NCBI GenBank assembly: GCA_018829865.1 | Contig: JAHJTR010000047.1 | Span: 1 to 27,463 of the forward strand | Reading direction: 5' to 3' | DNA length: 27,463 nt | From: Patescibacteria group bacterium | GTDB lineage: Bacteria; Patescibacteriota; Gracilibacteria; UBA1369; JAHJTR01 | Part shown: positions 1-9,903 of the stretch, piece by piece | How the letters are laid out: each line of letters starts with the position of its first letter | How positions within the stretch are numbered: the stretch's first letter is position 1 | The notes under the pieces: model-generated | What the model saw: the letters and a program-made list of their open reading frames with translations, nothing else | What the model was told of the DNA's origin: nothing | The model's database searches: none | Position numbers and translations under genes: made by a program

Positions 1-61
1 ATGAAGCTTTACCTAAATGGTAGAGAGGAAAGATAGAGGTGTTCATTATTCCCATTTTCAA

Positions 62-95
62 AAAAAACTGCCGCCCAAACGGGAAGCAGTTTTTT
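62..95 (-). terminator. Intrinsic terminator downstream of gdhA (may be bidirectional)
   Basis: Minus strand reads CTGCTTCCC-GTTT-GGGCGGCAG (9-position stem with one G-U pair and one mismatch) followed by a T7 run. There is an A/T tract on both sides. It lies about 20 bp past the gdhA stop. Confidence 0.75.
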
Positions 96-115
96 AAATT
101 ACTTTTTACCAATCA

Positions 116-1390
116 CTAATTACTGGTTATACCCTTTGCATTAATCATCCCCTCCAGCCTGTGCAAAGAATTTGTATATGATGCCTCACGATAATCACAG
201 CTATGTTTTTTCTTATGAGTGGAAACCGCACGATAAGCATCCACCATTATTTTTTTTAGGCGATCTTTCACCTCTTCTTCAGTCCAATAGTAATTAGCCT
301 CATTCTGCACGAGTTCAAAATAACTCACAGTCACGCCGCCTGCATTGACCAAAATGTCAGGCAAAACATCGATGCCTTTAGCCTCCAAAATCTCATCAGC
401 TTCAGGGGTAACCGGACCATTCGCAAGTTCAAGAATTATTTTAGCTTTAATTTTATCGGCATTTTTTTCGGTAACTTGATTTTCAAGAGCTGAAAGAACC
501 AAAACATCAACATCAAGCTCAAGCAATTCCTCATTGGTAATCGTCTTACAGTTTTCATAATTCTCTTTATGCATGCCACATTCCTTCATGCATTCAATAA
601 CAGACCCTTTTTCATGTTTACAAGTCAAAGTATCCTCAACGTTAATTCCGTCGGTATTGTATATTCCTCCTTTACTATCACTAACCGCAACAACCTTGTA
701 TCCCATCTCAGCAAGGAAAATAGCCCCAAAAGATCCGGCATTACCAAATCCCTGCACAGCAACAGTCATTTCTTTCGGATTAAGCCCATGCTCCTTCACA
801 TACTCATCCAAAACATAAACTCCACCCTGAGCCGTAGCCGAAGCGCGCCCCTTAGATCCACCGTACTCAAGCGGCTTACCGGTCACAACACCAAGCTTTC
901 GATTACCATATTTCTTAGTATACTCATCAGCAAACCAGGCCATCACCTGAGGATTTGTATATACATCAGGAGCAGGCACATCAATATGCGGCCCCACAAA
1001 TTCTGAAATAGCTCTAAAATAAGCCCGCGACAAACGCTCAAGCTCATTAATAGATAGCTCTTTTGGATCAACAATAACGCCACCCTTACCTCCACCAAGC
1101 GGAATCCCAACCACGCTACATTTAATTGTCATCCAAGTGGCAAGCGCCTTAACCTCGTCCATATCAACCTGAGGATGAAAACGAATTCCCCCCTTATACG
1201 GCCCCGCATGATTATTATGCTGCACTCGAAACCCCGTAAACATTTTCATATTGCCATTATCCATTCGCACCGGAAACGCAACCTGAATAATCCGCTGCGG
1301 ATGGCTCAGATAATCGGTAATTTCCGGATTAAGATTCATAGTCTTAGCCGCTTTGTTAATCTGCTTGAGGGTGTTTTCGAAGAGGGACAT
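116..1390 (-). CDS. gdhA: Glu/Leu/Phe/Val dehydrogenase family, glutamate dehydrogenase (424 aa)
   Basis: Motifs GPYKGGIRFHP, GGGKGG, DVPAPDVYT, Rossmann GFGNAG, ELANGP and PDILVNAGGVTVSYFE. Confidence 0.95.
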   Translation of the reverse strand: MSLFENTLKQINKAAKTMNLNPEITDYLSHPQRIIQVAFPVRMDNGNMKMFTGFRVQHNNHAGPYKGGIRFHPQVDMDEVKALATWMTIKCSVVGIPLGGGKGGVIVDPKELSINELERLSRAYFRAISEFVGPHIDVPAPDVYTNPQVMAWFADEYTKKYGNRKLGVVTGKPLEYGGSKGRASATAQGGVYVLDEYVKEHGLNPKEMTVAVQGFGNAGSFGAIFLAEMGYKVVAVSDSKGGIYNTDGINVEDTLTCKHEKGSVIECMKECGMHKENYENCKTITNEELLELDVDVLVLSALENQVTEKNADKIKAKIILELANGPVTPEADEILEAKGIDVLPDILVNAGGVTVSYFELVQNEANYYWTEEEVKDRLKKIMVDAYRAVSTHKKKHSCDYREASYTNSLHRLEGMINAKGITSN

Positions 1391-1420
1391 TTATTTATAA
1401 GTTAAAAAAATAACGTACAT

Positions 1421-1448
1421 ACGATAATCGTTCTTAAAATTATGTCAA
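1421..1448 (-). promoter_or_regulatory. Putative sigma70 promoter of gdhA
   Basis: Minus strand TTGACA-N16-TATCGT, about 30 bp upstream of the ATG at 1390. Confidence 0.5.
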
Positions 1449-1462
1449 TGGGATTTGAGGTA

Positions 1463-1593
1463 ATATACTGCTCCGCTTTTAAAATTTACAATTCCGCAGT
1501 ATGTACTCCATAGCTTATATAAAGCTATATTAAGCTAAAAAATTTTAAAAGCTACGCAGCATTATACAATAATATAAAAGCGGCGGAGTATAT
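1463..1593. repeat. Nested imperfect inverted repeats in the gdhA / TA-islet intergenic region
   Basis: 1475-1487 GCTTTTAAAATTT is the perfect reverse complement of 1540-1552. 1463-1481 pairs with 1575-1593 at 17/19. A central TAGCTT-N5-AAGCTA lies at 1511-1527. Confidence 0.6.
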
Positions 1594-1700
1594 AAAAAAA
1601 TCAAGCTGGTTCATTTTTTATAAACCAATATACTTTTGCATATTTTATTTTATTTTAATATATTTTTAATGTTAAAAGATTATAATAATAAAAATAATAA

Positions 1701-1967
1701 ATGGATATGACTGTTCTAGATTATCTTAAGAGCAAAAAATTAAGAATTCTCGAAATGGAGAAGCAAATTGGAAATGAGGAAATATTATTAGAGATTATGG
1801 AGATCCTTAAGAGGGAGAATTATCTTAAAGAATTAAAAGAAGACGAAATGTATTATAAAAATTTTATAAAGACTGTTAATTATCTTCTAGTTGTAGAAAA
1901 ATACAGCCAAGAGCATAAAAACGAGTTTATTAAGCTTTTAGATACTCTTTATGAAGAACTCAGATAG
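1701..1967 (+). CDS. Small charged helical hypothetical protein (88 aa), candidate antitoxin
   Basis: Clean ORF rich in E/K/L, overlapping the start of the downstream PIN gene by 17 bp, as in type II TA pairs. No family recognised. Confidence 0.6.
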   Translation: MDMTVLDYLKSKKLRILEMEKQIGNEEILLEIMEILKRENYLKELKEDEMYYKNFIKTVNYLLVVEKYSQEHKNEFIKLLDTLYEELR

Positions 1968-2484
1968 TATTGTGCCGTACATTTCTGCAACTGTGGATTG
2001 GAGGGAGATCGTTAAAGGTAACCATATTATTTTGGACACTGATGCATTTATATCTATTTTAAAATTCGGGGCGGAAAATATTTTTGCCGAATTCAATAGG
2101 CTGAAAACAGTCGTATGCTTGCTTCATCCGGTAATTATTGAGCTCAGAAATACAAATAGTGATACATAAAGACTATTAAGAAATCTTATAATAAGGAAGC
2201 ATTCATTTGAGGAGCTTCCCTTTGATAAAGTGGTTAAAAAAAATGCCCTTTTAATTCAGGAATTACTATCAAAAATGGATACATATCCCGCTCCAACAGA
2301 TTTATATTTAGCTGCGTCAGCTGCACGTTACAACTTGCCTACCTATATATTGACCGGCAATCACAAGGATTTTCCGGTACCACTATTTGAGCGAAAAGCT
2401 CCCCTTATTATTCAAAAAGAAAAATCACTAAAACTTCTCTACTTTCTAAGTCTAAACAAAAAAATGCTGACTGATTCATATTAA
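1951..2484 (+). pseudogene. PIN-domain (VapC-like) nuclease gene interrupted by one in-frame TAA at 2167-2169
   Basis: The track ORFs 1951-2169 and 2230-2484 are in the same frame, and the sequence between them is open (DT*RLLRNLIIRKHSFEELPFDKVVKK). PIN motifs IILDTDAFI, VIIEL, PTDLYLAA and TGNHKDF are spread across both halves. Confidence 0.8.
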
Positions 2485-3557
2485 ACCCGACTCGCAATCT
2501 CATCCCCCATCTCACTCGTCCCTACCGCCTTCATTTCAGCAGAGCAAATATCACCCGTCCTAACACCATCCGCTAACGTTTGTGAAACCGCATCATAAAC
2601 AGCATCATATTCATCCTGCATCCCAAAACTATACTTCAGCATCATCGCCGCACTCAGTATTTGCGCAATAGGATTAGCAATTCCTCTGCCCGCAATATCA
2701 GGCGCACTCCCACCACTCGGCTCATACATCCCAAACCCGTCAGCATTCAAAGACGCACTCCCTAAAACCCCTAGCGACCCCGCAAAAACCGATGACAAAT
2801 CACTCAAAATATCGCCAAACATATTACCGGTAACAACGGTATCAAAGCTCCGCGGATTTTTAACAAGCTGCATCGCAGCATTATCGATGTACATATGTTC
2901 AAGCGCAACATCGCCATAATCAGCACTAGCTTCCTCCATCACCTTCCTCCATAATATAGAACAATCCAAAACATTAGCTTTGTCCACCGAAATCAATTTC
3001 CCCCCGCGCGTTTTCGCAATATCAAAAGCCACTTTCGCAATCGCCCGCACCTCATTCTCATCATATCTCATCTCATCCCGCGCCACCCGCACCCCATTTT
3101 CATCGCTAGTCTCATGTTTGCCAAAATAAATCCCGCCCGTGAGCTCCCGAATGATCATAATATCAAATCCATCACCGATTAAAGATTTTTTTAAAGGAGA
3201 AATATCAGTCAGCGCCTCAAACACAATCGACGGCCTCAAATTAATATTAAAAGAAAAATGCCTGCGAATCCCCAATATCGCAGTCTTCTCACATCCCTTC
3301 CATTTAGGATCATCCTGCGCATCCACAGGCCCGCCCACACTTCCAAAAAGCACAGCATCCGCCCCCCCGCAAACCTTCAAAGTACTCTCCGGCAAATGCT
3401 CACCATGTTCATCATAAGCAGCCCCTCCAATCAGAGCCTCAGTATACTCAAACTCATGCCCAAATTTCAGAGCCACCTTATCAAGCACTTTAATCGCCTC
3501 ATTCATCACCTCCGGCCCAATCCCATCACCGGCCAAAACCGCAATATTTTTTTTCAT
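2481..3557 (-). CDS. leuB: 3-isopropylmalate dehydrogenase (358 aa)
   Basis: IAVLAGDGIGPEV, GSVGGP, RELTGGIYFG, VDKANVL, NMFGDILSD, EPSGGSAPDIAG. Confidence 0.95.
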   Translation of the reverse strand: MKKNIAVLAGDGIGPEVMNEAIKVLDKVALKFGHEFEYTEALIGGAAYDEHGEHLPESTLKVCGGADAVLFGSVGGPVDAQDDPKWKGCEKTAILGIRRHFSFNINLRPSIVFEALTDISPLKKSLIGDGFDIMIIRELTGGIYFGKHETSDENGVRVARDEMRYDENEVRAIAKVAFDIAKTRGGKLISVDKANVLDCSILWRKVMEEASADYGDVALEHMYIDNAAMQLVKNPRSFDTVVTGNMFGDILSDLSSVFAGSLGVLGSASLNADGFGMYEPSGGSAPDIAGRGIANPIAQILSAAMMLKYSFGMQDEYDAVYDAVSQTLADGVRTGDICSAEMKAVGTSEMGDEIASRV

Positions 3558-3562
3558 AACAT

Positions 3563-4507
3563 TTATTTTACCGACTTAATAATATCTATCACCATTTTGG
3601 CATCGTTCATAACATAAAAATGAACACATTTAACACCTTTTTCAAGTAAATCCTTCACCTGCATAAGTCCCCAATTTTTAGCGATCTTTTTAACATTTTT
3701 AGGATCACTCTCAATTTGATTAACAAGCTCTTCCGGCAAATCAACATGAAAATACTTCGGCAAAAATGAAAGGTGTTTCACATTCTTTATAATTTTCAAT
3801 CCGGGAATAATCGGCACATTTATTCCGGCCTCCCTGCAAAGATCAACAAAATTATAATAATGCTTATTATCGAAAAACATCTGAGTAACAATATAATCGG
3901 CACCAGCATCAACTTTTAGCTTAAGATTTTGAATATCGGTTTTCAGATTTGGAGATTCGAAATGTTTTTCAGGATAACCGGCAACACCGATACAAAAATC
4001 CATTGGCTCGGAATCCTCAAGCTTCTCAATATACTTCCCCTCCCTTAAAGCAACAATCTGTTCGATCAGCTCGGAGGCATAAGTATTAACCGATTTGCAT
4101 TTATCAACTTTCTTTTCATGATTGCTGCCATCTCCGCGCAACGCCAAAATGTTTTTAATTCCCAAAAAATTCAGCTCAATCAAAGCATCCTCAGTTTCTT
4201 CTTTCGTAAACCCCCTGCAAAGCACATGGGCTACAGTATCAATATTAAATCTATTTTGAATTACGCCGCAAATACCTATGGTTCCGGGCCTTTTTTTCCG
4301 AATTCTTTTCTTAACAATTCCATTTTCCAATTCCTCATAATAAGCTTCCGAGCAGTGGCTTGTCACATCTATGAATGGAGGATTAAACTGCTGCAGCTCC
4401 TCAATAATATCTGTAATTATATTGCAGCTTTTGCCTCTCGCAGGCGGAATTATTTCAAAGCTAAACAAGGGTTTTTTTGCATTCTTTAATATCTCTACAA
4501 CTTTCAT
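3563..4507 (-). CDS. metF: 5,10-methylenetetrahydrofolate reductase (314 aa)
   Basis: SFEIIPP, LALRGD, VAGYPEKH, KVDAGADYIVTQMFFD, PIIPG, VHFYVMN. Adjacent to metH. Confidence 0.92.
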   Translation of the reverse strand: MKVVEILKNAKKPLFSFEIIPPARGKSCNIITDIIEELQQFNPPFIDVTSHCSEAYYEELENGIVKKRIRKKRPGTIGICGVIQNRFNIDTVAHVLCRGFTKEETEDALIELNFLGIKNILALRGDGSNHEKKVDKCKSVNTYASELIEQIVALREGKYIEKLEDSEPMDFCIGVAGYPEKHFESPNLKTDIQNLKLKVDAGADYIVTQMFFDNKHYYNFVDLCREAGINVPIIPGLKIIKNVKHLSFLPKYFHVDLPEELVNQIESDPKNVKKIAKNWGLMQVKDLLEKGVKCVHFYVMNDAKMVIDIIKSVK

Positions 4508-4513
4508 TTGTTT

Positions 4514-5308
4514 CTAAATAAAAAAATATTTTGCTTCAGGATTAGCAACAATCATTGCCGATGTAGATTGCTCAGGAACAAGTTGATAGCTTTCCGTAAT
4601 TATAACACCAATTTTCTCGGGTTCAATCAATTTAAATATTTTTTTCTGATCCCTAATATTTGGGCATGCCGGATAGCCAAAAGAATACCTACACCCCTGA
4701 TATTTACATGCAAAAATATCCTCAATTTTTTCAGCATCTTTATCGGCAATTTTTAATTCCTCCCGTATTTTTTTATGAGAGTATTCAGCAAGTGCTTCGG
4801 CCATTTCTACGCAGTAGCCATGCCAATACAAATAATCCTTATATTCATCATTTTTAAAAAGTTTTTCAGTTTCCTCGCTAGGCTTGTGCCCCACAGTCAC
4901 CAAGTGAAATGCCACAACATCCCTTTTTTTATCATCCGAGCTAAAGTAATCACTAATACACAAATGATCTTTATCCTTCTGTCTGGGGAAATCAAAAGTT
5001 ACAAAACTATCCTTATCATCGGGATTTTTATATACCAATAATCGATTTCCTTCAGATCTACACGCAAAATATCCGTAAGCAATCTTTGGCTCAAGTATTT
5101 TTTTCTTTTTTGAAGCGCTGGCAATTTCATTGAGTTTCACTTCAGCCTCTTCATTAAGTATTTTTTTATGTTCTTCGGCTGTTTTACTCCCCCTTAATAT
5201 TTGCCATTGTACAAAAAACAGGGATTTTTTATTTAAAAATTCCGCAATTTTATCAATATCAATGTCTTCAATAATTTTACTACCCCAAAAAGGTGGCTCA
5301 ATAATCAT
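4514..5308 (-). CDS. metH: Stand-alone AdoMet-binding reactivation domain of B12-dependent methionine synthase (264 aa)
   Basis: Begins EPPFWG and contains AEALAEY and RYSFGYPACP plus PEQSTSA. Its ATG overlaps the TGA of the upstream metH core (ATGA). Confidence 0.9.
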   Translation of the reverse strand: MIIEPPFWGSKIIEDIDIDKIAEFLNKKSLFFVQWQILRGSKTAEEHKKILNEEAEVKLNEIASASKKKKILEPKIAYGYFACRSEGNRLLVYKNPDDKDSFVTFDFPRQKDKDHLCISDYFSSDDKKRDVVAFHLVTVGHKPSEETEKLFKNDEYKDYLYWHGYCVEMAEALAEYSHKKIREELKIADKDAEKIEDIFACKYQGCRYSFGYPACPNIRDQKKIFKLIEPEKIGVIITESYQLVPEQSTSAMIVANPEAKYFFI

Positions 5309-7833
5309 TTTTTTTCAATTATTTCGGTTAATATTTTTAAACCGTCAAAAACATCATTAGCATAATAAACGTCACCATCATAAATTTTTTGCAAAGTATC
5401 TTCCACATAATTTCTAGTAAGAGCAGCTCCCCCCAAAATAACTGGAGGATTAATTCCTCGACGATTCATCTCTTCCAGATTTTCCCTCATCACGATAGTC
5501 GATTGTACAAGTAATCCACTCATACCAATCGCATCAGCATTATTTTTTTTATATGCGGAAATAATTTCCTCAATATCCTTTTTAACACCGATATTAATAA
5601 CCTCAAATCCATTATTACTCAAAATAATATCAACCAAATTTTTCCCAATATCATGTACATCTCCCTTTACTGTAGCCATAATTATTGATCCTTTTTTTCG
5701 TGAATCAGTTTTTTCAATATATGGTTCCAGATAATTTACAGCCGCCTTCATAGTCGCAGCTGATTGCAAAACAAAAGGCAGTTGCATTTCTCCATCACCA
5801 AAAAGTTCACCAACTTTCTGCATCCCCGCAAGAAGAATTTTATTAATTATCATCAAAGGTTTATGCTTTTTAAGCGCTTCGTTTAGGTCACGATCAATGT
5901 CATTTTTATTTCCCTCAACAATTCTCAGCATAAGTCTTTCTTCAACCGTCAACGCTTTTTTTTCATCGGCCTTAATTTCTTTTATCTCATGCTTTTCATA
6001 AAAATTTAACAAATATTTTAAGGGATCATTTTCGAAAGTCCATTTATTAAAAATCAAATTATTCAAAATTTCCCTCTCATCATCCGGTATTTTATATAGA
6101 GGAGTAATTTTACCCGCATGCAAAATAGCTGCATCCAGCCCATATTCAATCGCTTTCGCTAAAAAAACGGAATTAAGCCTCTGTCTTAAGTCGGGTTTAA
6201 GCCCAAAAGATACATTAGAAACACCCAGAATTGTGTTTGTTTGAGGATGTTTTAACTTAAATTGTTTTATAGCATTGATAGTTTCTACAGCCGCATTCCG
6301 ATATTCATCATCTCCGCTACCCAAAGTAAAAGTTAAAAAATCAAAAAAAATATTATGTCCGCGAATATCAAATTCATCCTCGGCAATTCGAAAAATTCTC
6401 TCAGCAATTTGAATTTTTTTATCAACAGTTTTGGCCATACCTTCTTCATCAATTGTTAAAGCCACAACTGCAGCCCCATATTTTTTGCACAAAGAAAAAG
6501 TTTTCCTCAATTTATCTCCTCCATCCTCCAAATTAACGGAATTGATTATTGATTTACCCGCAATTTTTTTTAGCGCTTCCTCAATAACAATCGGATCAGT
6601 TGAATCAATCATTAATGGTCTTTGAATGTCTGTATTAAGCCGCTCAGTCAAATTTGACATAATATTTTTTTCATCAAGTCCGGTGTACGACACACACACA
6701 TCCAAAATATGAGCTCCTTCTTTCTGTTGTTTTTGAGCCACAGCAATCATCCCGTCATAATCCTCCTCCAACAAATAATTTCTAAATTTCTTTGAGCCAT
6801 TTGCATTAATCCGTTCACCTATAATAAGCGGTTTCGGCTCACTATCAAAAGCAACAATATTATATAAGCTGGATGCAGATGGCTTTAAATGATGCGCTCT
6901 TTCTTTTGGCACAACATTCTTAACCAGCTCAGATAATTTTTTTATATATTCAGGGGAGGTACCGCAACAACCTCCAACAATATTAGCCCCAATATCCCGA
7001 GCAAAATATTCCAATTCATCGGCAAATTCATCAATCGGCAAATCATAGGTCATCTTTCCATCTTTAATATTTGGCATACCGGCATTTGGTAAAACCGAAA
7101 TCAGCCCCTGCCAATGGTCAGCCAAAGTTTTTAAATGATCACTCATTTGTTTAGGACCCATGGCACAATTAAGCCCCAAAACATCAATAGGAAAATCGCT
7201 TAAAGTCACAATTGCCGTCAGCATATCGGAGCCCACAAGCATTTTGCCATTTTTTTCAATTGTCACCTGCACCATCACCGGTAGTTTTTGTTTTTTAGTC
7301 CCAAAGGCGCTATAAACACCCACTAAAGCAGCTTTTACTTGCAATAAATCTTGAGCTGTTTCAATTAATATTAAATCGGCCCCACCATCTATTAAACCTT
7401 CAGTCTGGATTTCATAAGAATTTTTTAATTCATCAAACGAGATTTGTTTAAGTGAAGGCAGTTTGGTTCCGGGACCAATCGAACCCGCCACCCATCTGGG
7501 CTTATTGGAAGTCGAAAAATCATCAGCGCATGATCGAGCTATTTGAGCAGCTTTTTTATTCAGCTCATAAGCTCTATTTTCGAGATCATATTCTTTCAGA
7601 ACAACACTATTAGCGCCAAAAGTATTTGTTTCCACCATATCCGCCCCAACTTCAAAATACTTGGCATGAATTTCTTTTATCACATTCGGCCTACTGGCAT
7701 TTAATATTTCGCTGCACCCGTTTTTGCCCAAGTAAGCATCTTCATCAAGGTTATAGCCCTGAATCATAGTCCCCATCGCCCCATCAAAAACCAGAATCCT
7801 TTCTTTACATACTGAAAATAAATCAATCGGCAT
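5305..7833 (-). CDS. metH: B12-dependent methionine synthase core: Hcy-binding, pterin-binding, cap and cobalamin-binding domains (842 aa), lacking the activation domain
   Basis: DGAMGT, Zn ligands GLNC and GGCCG, IGERINANGSKKF, cobalamin motif DVHDIG. Start moved to the ATG at 7833 (MPIDLF) because the track start at 7968 overlaps leuD. Confidence 0.93.
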   Translation of the reverse strand: MPIDLFSVCKERILVFDGAMGTMIQGYNLDEDAYLGKNGCSEILNASRPNVIKEIHAKYFEVGADMVETNTFGANSVVLKEYDLENRAYELNKKAAQIARSCADDFSTSNKPRWVAGSIGPGTKLPSLKQISFDELKNSYEIQTEGLIDGGADLILIETAQDLLQVKAALVGVYSAFGTKKQKLPVMVQVTIEKNGKMLVGSDMLTAIVTLSDFPIDVLGLNCAMGPKQMSDHLKTLADHWQGLISVLPNAGMPNIKDGKMTYDLPIDEFADELEYFARDIGANIVGGCCGTSPEYIKKLSELVKNVVPKERAHHLKPSASSLYNIVAFDSEPKPLIIGERINANGSKKFRNYLLEEDYDGMIAVAQKQQKEGAHILDVCVSYTGLDEKNIMSNLTERLNTDIQRPLMIDSTDPIVIEEALKKIAGKSIINSVNLEDGGDKLRKTFSLCKKYGAAVVALTIDEEGMAKTVDKKIQIAERIFRIAEDEFDIRGHNIFFDFLTFTLGSGDDEYRNAAVETINAIKQFKLKHPQTNTILGVSNVSFGLKPDLRQRLNSVFLAKAIEYGLDAAILHAGKITPLYKIPDDEREILNNLIFNKWTFENDPLKYLLNFYEKHEIKEIKADEKKALTVEERLMLRIVEGNKNDIDRDLNEALKKHKPLMIINKILLAGMQKVGELFGDGEMQLPFVLQSAATMKAAVNYLEPYIEKTDSRKKGSIIMATVKGDVHDIGKNLVDIILSNNGFEVINIGVKKDIEEIISAYKKNNADAIGMSGLLVQSTIVMRENLEEMNRRGINPPVILGGAALTRNYVEDTLQKIYDGDVYYANDVFDGLKILTEIIEKK

Positions 7834-7870
7834 TTTACATATATTATATATCGGTGCTAAGTTTACCCGA

Positions 7871-8464
7871 TTATTTAGTCGAAAAAAACAAATTTTTATC
7901 TCTTTCCTCTTTAAATTGACCAATTTCATCTGATTTCGCCAACAAAAAGTCCAACTCCTCATAACCATTCAAAATACATTCTTTCCTAAAAGGATCAAAA
8001 TTAAATTTATATGAAGTATTATCAGGGAGGATTACAGTCTGCGCCTCAAGATCAACCGTAATTTCATAGTTCCCATTTTCTGCATCTACAAGCATCCCAT
8101 TAATCACTTCTGCATCAAGCTCAACCAAAACAAGACCATTCTTAGCCGAATTATTAAAAAAAATATCAGCAAAACCGGGAGCAATAACTACTCGAATGCC
8201 CGCACCCAAAATTGCCCAAGCCGCATGTTCCCGAGATGAACCACACCCAAAATTAGATTTAGCCACTAGTATCTGCGCATCCGCGAATTTATCCTGATTA
8301 AACGGAAAGTCCGGCTGCTCTTGTTTAAGGCGTATAAATAGGTTCTCGCCATATCCCTCCTTACTAATACTTGTTAAATATTGAGCGGGAATAATCATAT
8401 CAGTATCCACATCTTTCAAAGGAAGCGGAATAACTTTGGCAGTAATTTTAGTAAACGCTTGCAT
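7871..8464 (-). CDS. leuD: 3-isopropylmalate dehydratase small subunit (197 aa)
   Basis: DVDTDMIIPAQYL, NFGCGSSREHA, FADIFFNN. Confidence 0.95.
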   Translation of the reverse strand: MQAFTKITAKVIPLPLKDVDTDMIIPAQYLTSISKEGYGENLFIRLKQEQPDFPFNQDKFADAQILVAKSNFGCGSSREHAAWAILGAGIRVVIAPGFADIFFNNSAKNGLVLVELDAEVINGMLVDAENGNYEITVDLEAQTVILPDNTSYKFNFDPFRKECILNGYEELDFLLAKSDEIGQFKEERDKNLFFSTK

Positions 8465-8470
8465 TGTTTT

Positions 8471-9871
8471 TTAGTTAAAAAATTTCACAGGATTTGCTAT
8501 CTTCCCCTCAATTGCACTTACAGCAACCATAGCCGGGCTCGCCAAATGAGTAATACTCCCCGTACCCTGCCGACCCACAAAATTCCGATTACTAGAACTT
8601 ATACAGCGCATGCCGCCCGGCACTTTATCATCATTCATGCCCAGACACATACTGCATCCCGGCATTCGCCAATCAGCTCCGGCCTCAATAAAAATCTTAT
8701 CCAGTCCCTCATCTTCAGCCTGTTTTTTTACAGCCTCACTCCCCGGAACCAGATAGCACGTCACATTTTCAGCGATTTTTTTCCCCTTCAAAATTTCAGC
8801 CGCCACCCTAAAATCTTCAATTCTCCCGTTGGTACACGACCCAATAAACGCCCAATCAATTTTAGTCCCTTCAATCGGCTCACCTTGTTTAAGCCCCGTA
8901 TACGCAAGAGCCTTCTCCGCCACCAGCCGATGAGTCTTGGGTAACTCCGAAATATTTGGCACATTTTCACCAATCATCATACCTTGCTCAGGATTAGTAC
9001 CCCAAGTAATCATCGGATCAAGTCTATCCAAATCAATCTCAACCTCCAGGTCAAAAGTCGCACCTTCATCGGTCACAAAACTATCCCAATATTGCGCAGC
9101 TCTATCCCATTCTTCGCCACTCGGAGCATGCGGTTTATTTTTTAAATAATCATAAGTAATCTGATCGGGAGCAAAAATCCCGGCCCGAGCACCACATTCA
9201 ATACTCATATTACTAACCGTCATTCGAGCCTCCATACTCATTTTCCTCGCCGCCTCCCCAGCATATTCAATCACATGCCCATTAGCCCCACCAATCCCAA
9301 TTTTAGCAATCAGCGCCAGCGCAGCATCCTTCGCATAAACTCCGGGCTTAAGCGCCCCATTAAAATTTACTCTCATAGTTTTAGGTTTCTTTTGGAGAAT
9401 GCAGCCTGTAGCCAAAACATGACCAACCTCGGTAGTCCCAACCCCAAAAGCCATCGCCCCAAAAGCCCCATGAGTCGCAGTATGGCTATCTCCGCAAACA
9501 ATCGTCATTCCCGGCTGAGTTAACCCCATTTCAGGCCCCACAACATGCACGATTCCCTGTTTGCCACTATTTAAATCCAGCAAAGGAATCCCAAACTCCT
9601 CACAATTATTACGCAAAGTCACAATCTGAGTTTTCGCTTTCTCATCATAAATATTCTCCCGATCTTTCCGGGTCGGTATTGAATGGTCGATTGTCGCAAC
9701 ACAATGCTGCGGCTCAGCAACCTTAATCCCACGCTGCCTCAATTCATCAAAAGCCTGCGCACTGGTAACCTCATGCATCAGCTGCAGATCAATCGCAAAC
9801 ACAGCAGGCTGCCCCTCTTTTTCAGAGACAACATGCAAATCCCAAATTTTTTCAATAATGTTTTTCGCCAT
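8471..9871 (-). CDS. leuC: 3-isopropylmalate dehydratase large subunit (466 aa)
   Basis: HEVTS, GIVHV, CGDSHT, Fe-S ligands GSCTNGR and PGCSMCLGMN, SNRNFVGRQG. Confidence 0.96.
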   Translation of the reverse strand: MAKNIIEKIWDLHVVSEKEGQPAVFAIDLQLMHEVTSAQAFDELRQRGIKVAEPQHCVATIDHSIPTRKDRENIYDEKAKTQIVTLRNNCEEFGIPLLDLNSGKQGIVHVVGPEMGLTQPGMTIVCGDSHTATHGAFGAMAFGVGTTEVGHVLATGCILQKKPKTMRVNFNGALKPGVYAKDAALALIAKIGIGGANGHVIEYAGEAARKMSMEARMTVSNMSIECGARAGIFAPDQITYDYLKNKPHAPSGEEWDRAAQYWDSFVTDEGATFDLEVEIDLDRLDPMITWGTNPEQGMMIGENVPNISELPKTHRLVAEKALAYTGLKQGEPIEGTKIDWAFIGSCTNGRIEDFRVAAEILKGKKIAENVTCYLVPGSEAVKKQAEDEGLDKIFIEAGADWRMPGCSMCLGMNDDKVPGGMRCISSSNRNFVGRQGTGSITHLASPAMVAVSAIEGKIANPVKFFN

Positions 9872-9903
9872 AATTCAGTATATATGTTGAGTAGAACATC
9901 CCT

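Noticed and set aside
1-60. Gene fragment at the left edge
   Set aside because: Several short frames are open on both strands (e.g. MNTSIFPLYHLGKAS on -); too little sequence to choose one.
7834-7968. N-terminal extension of MetH given by the ORF track
   Set aside because: It overlaps the leuD 3' end and has no MetH similarity; ATG 7833 gives the expected N-terminus.
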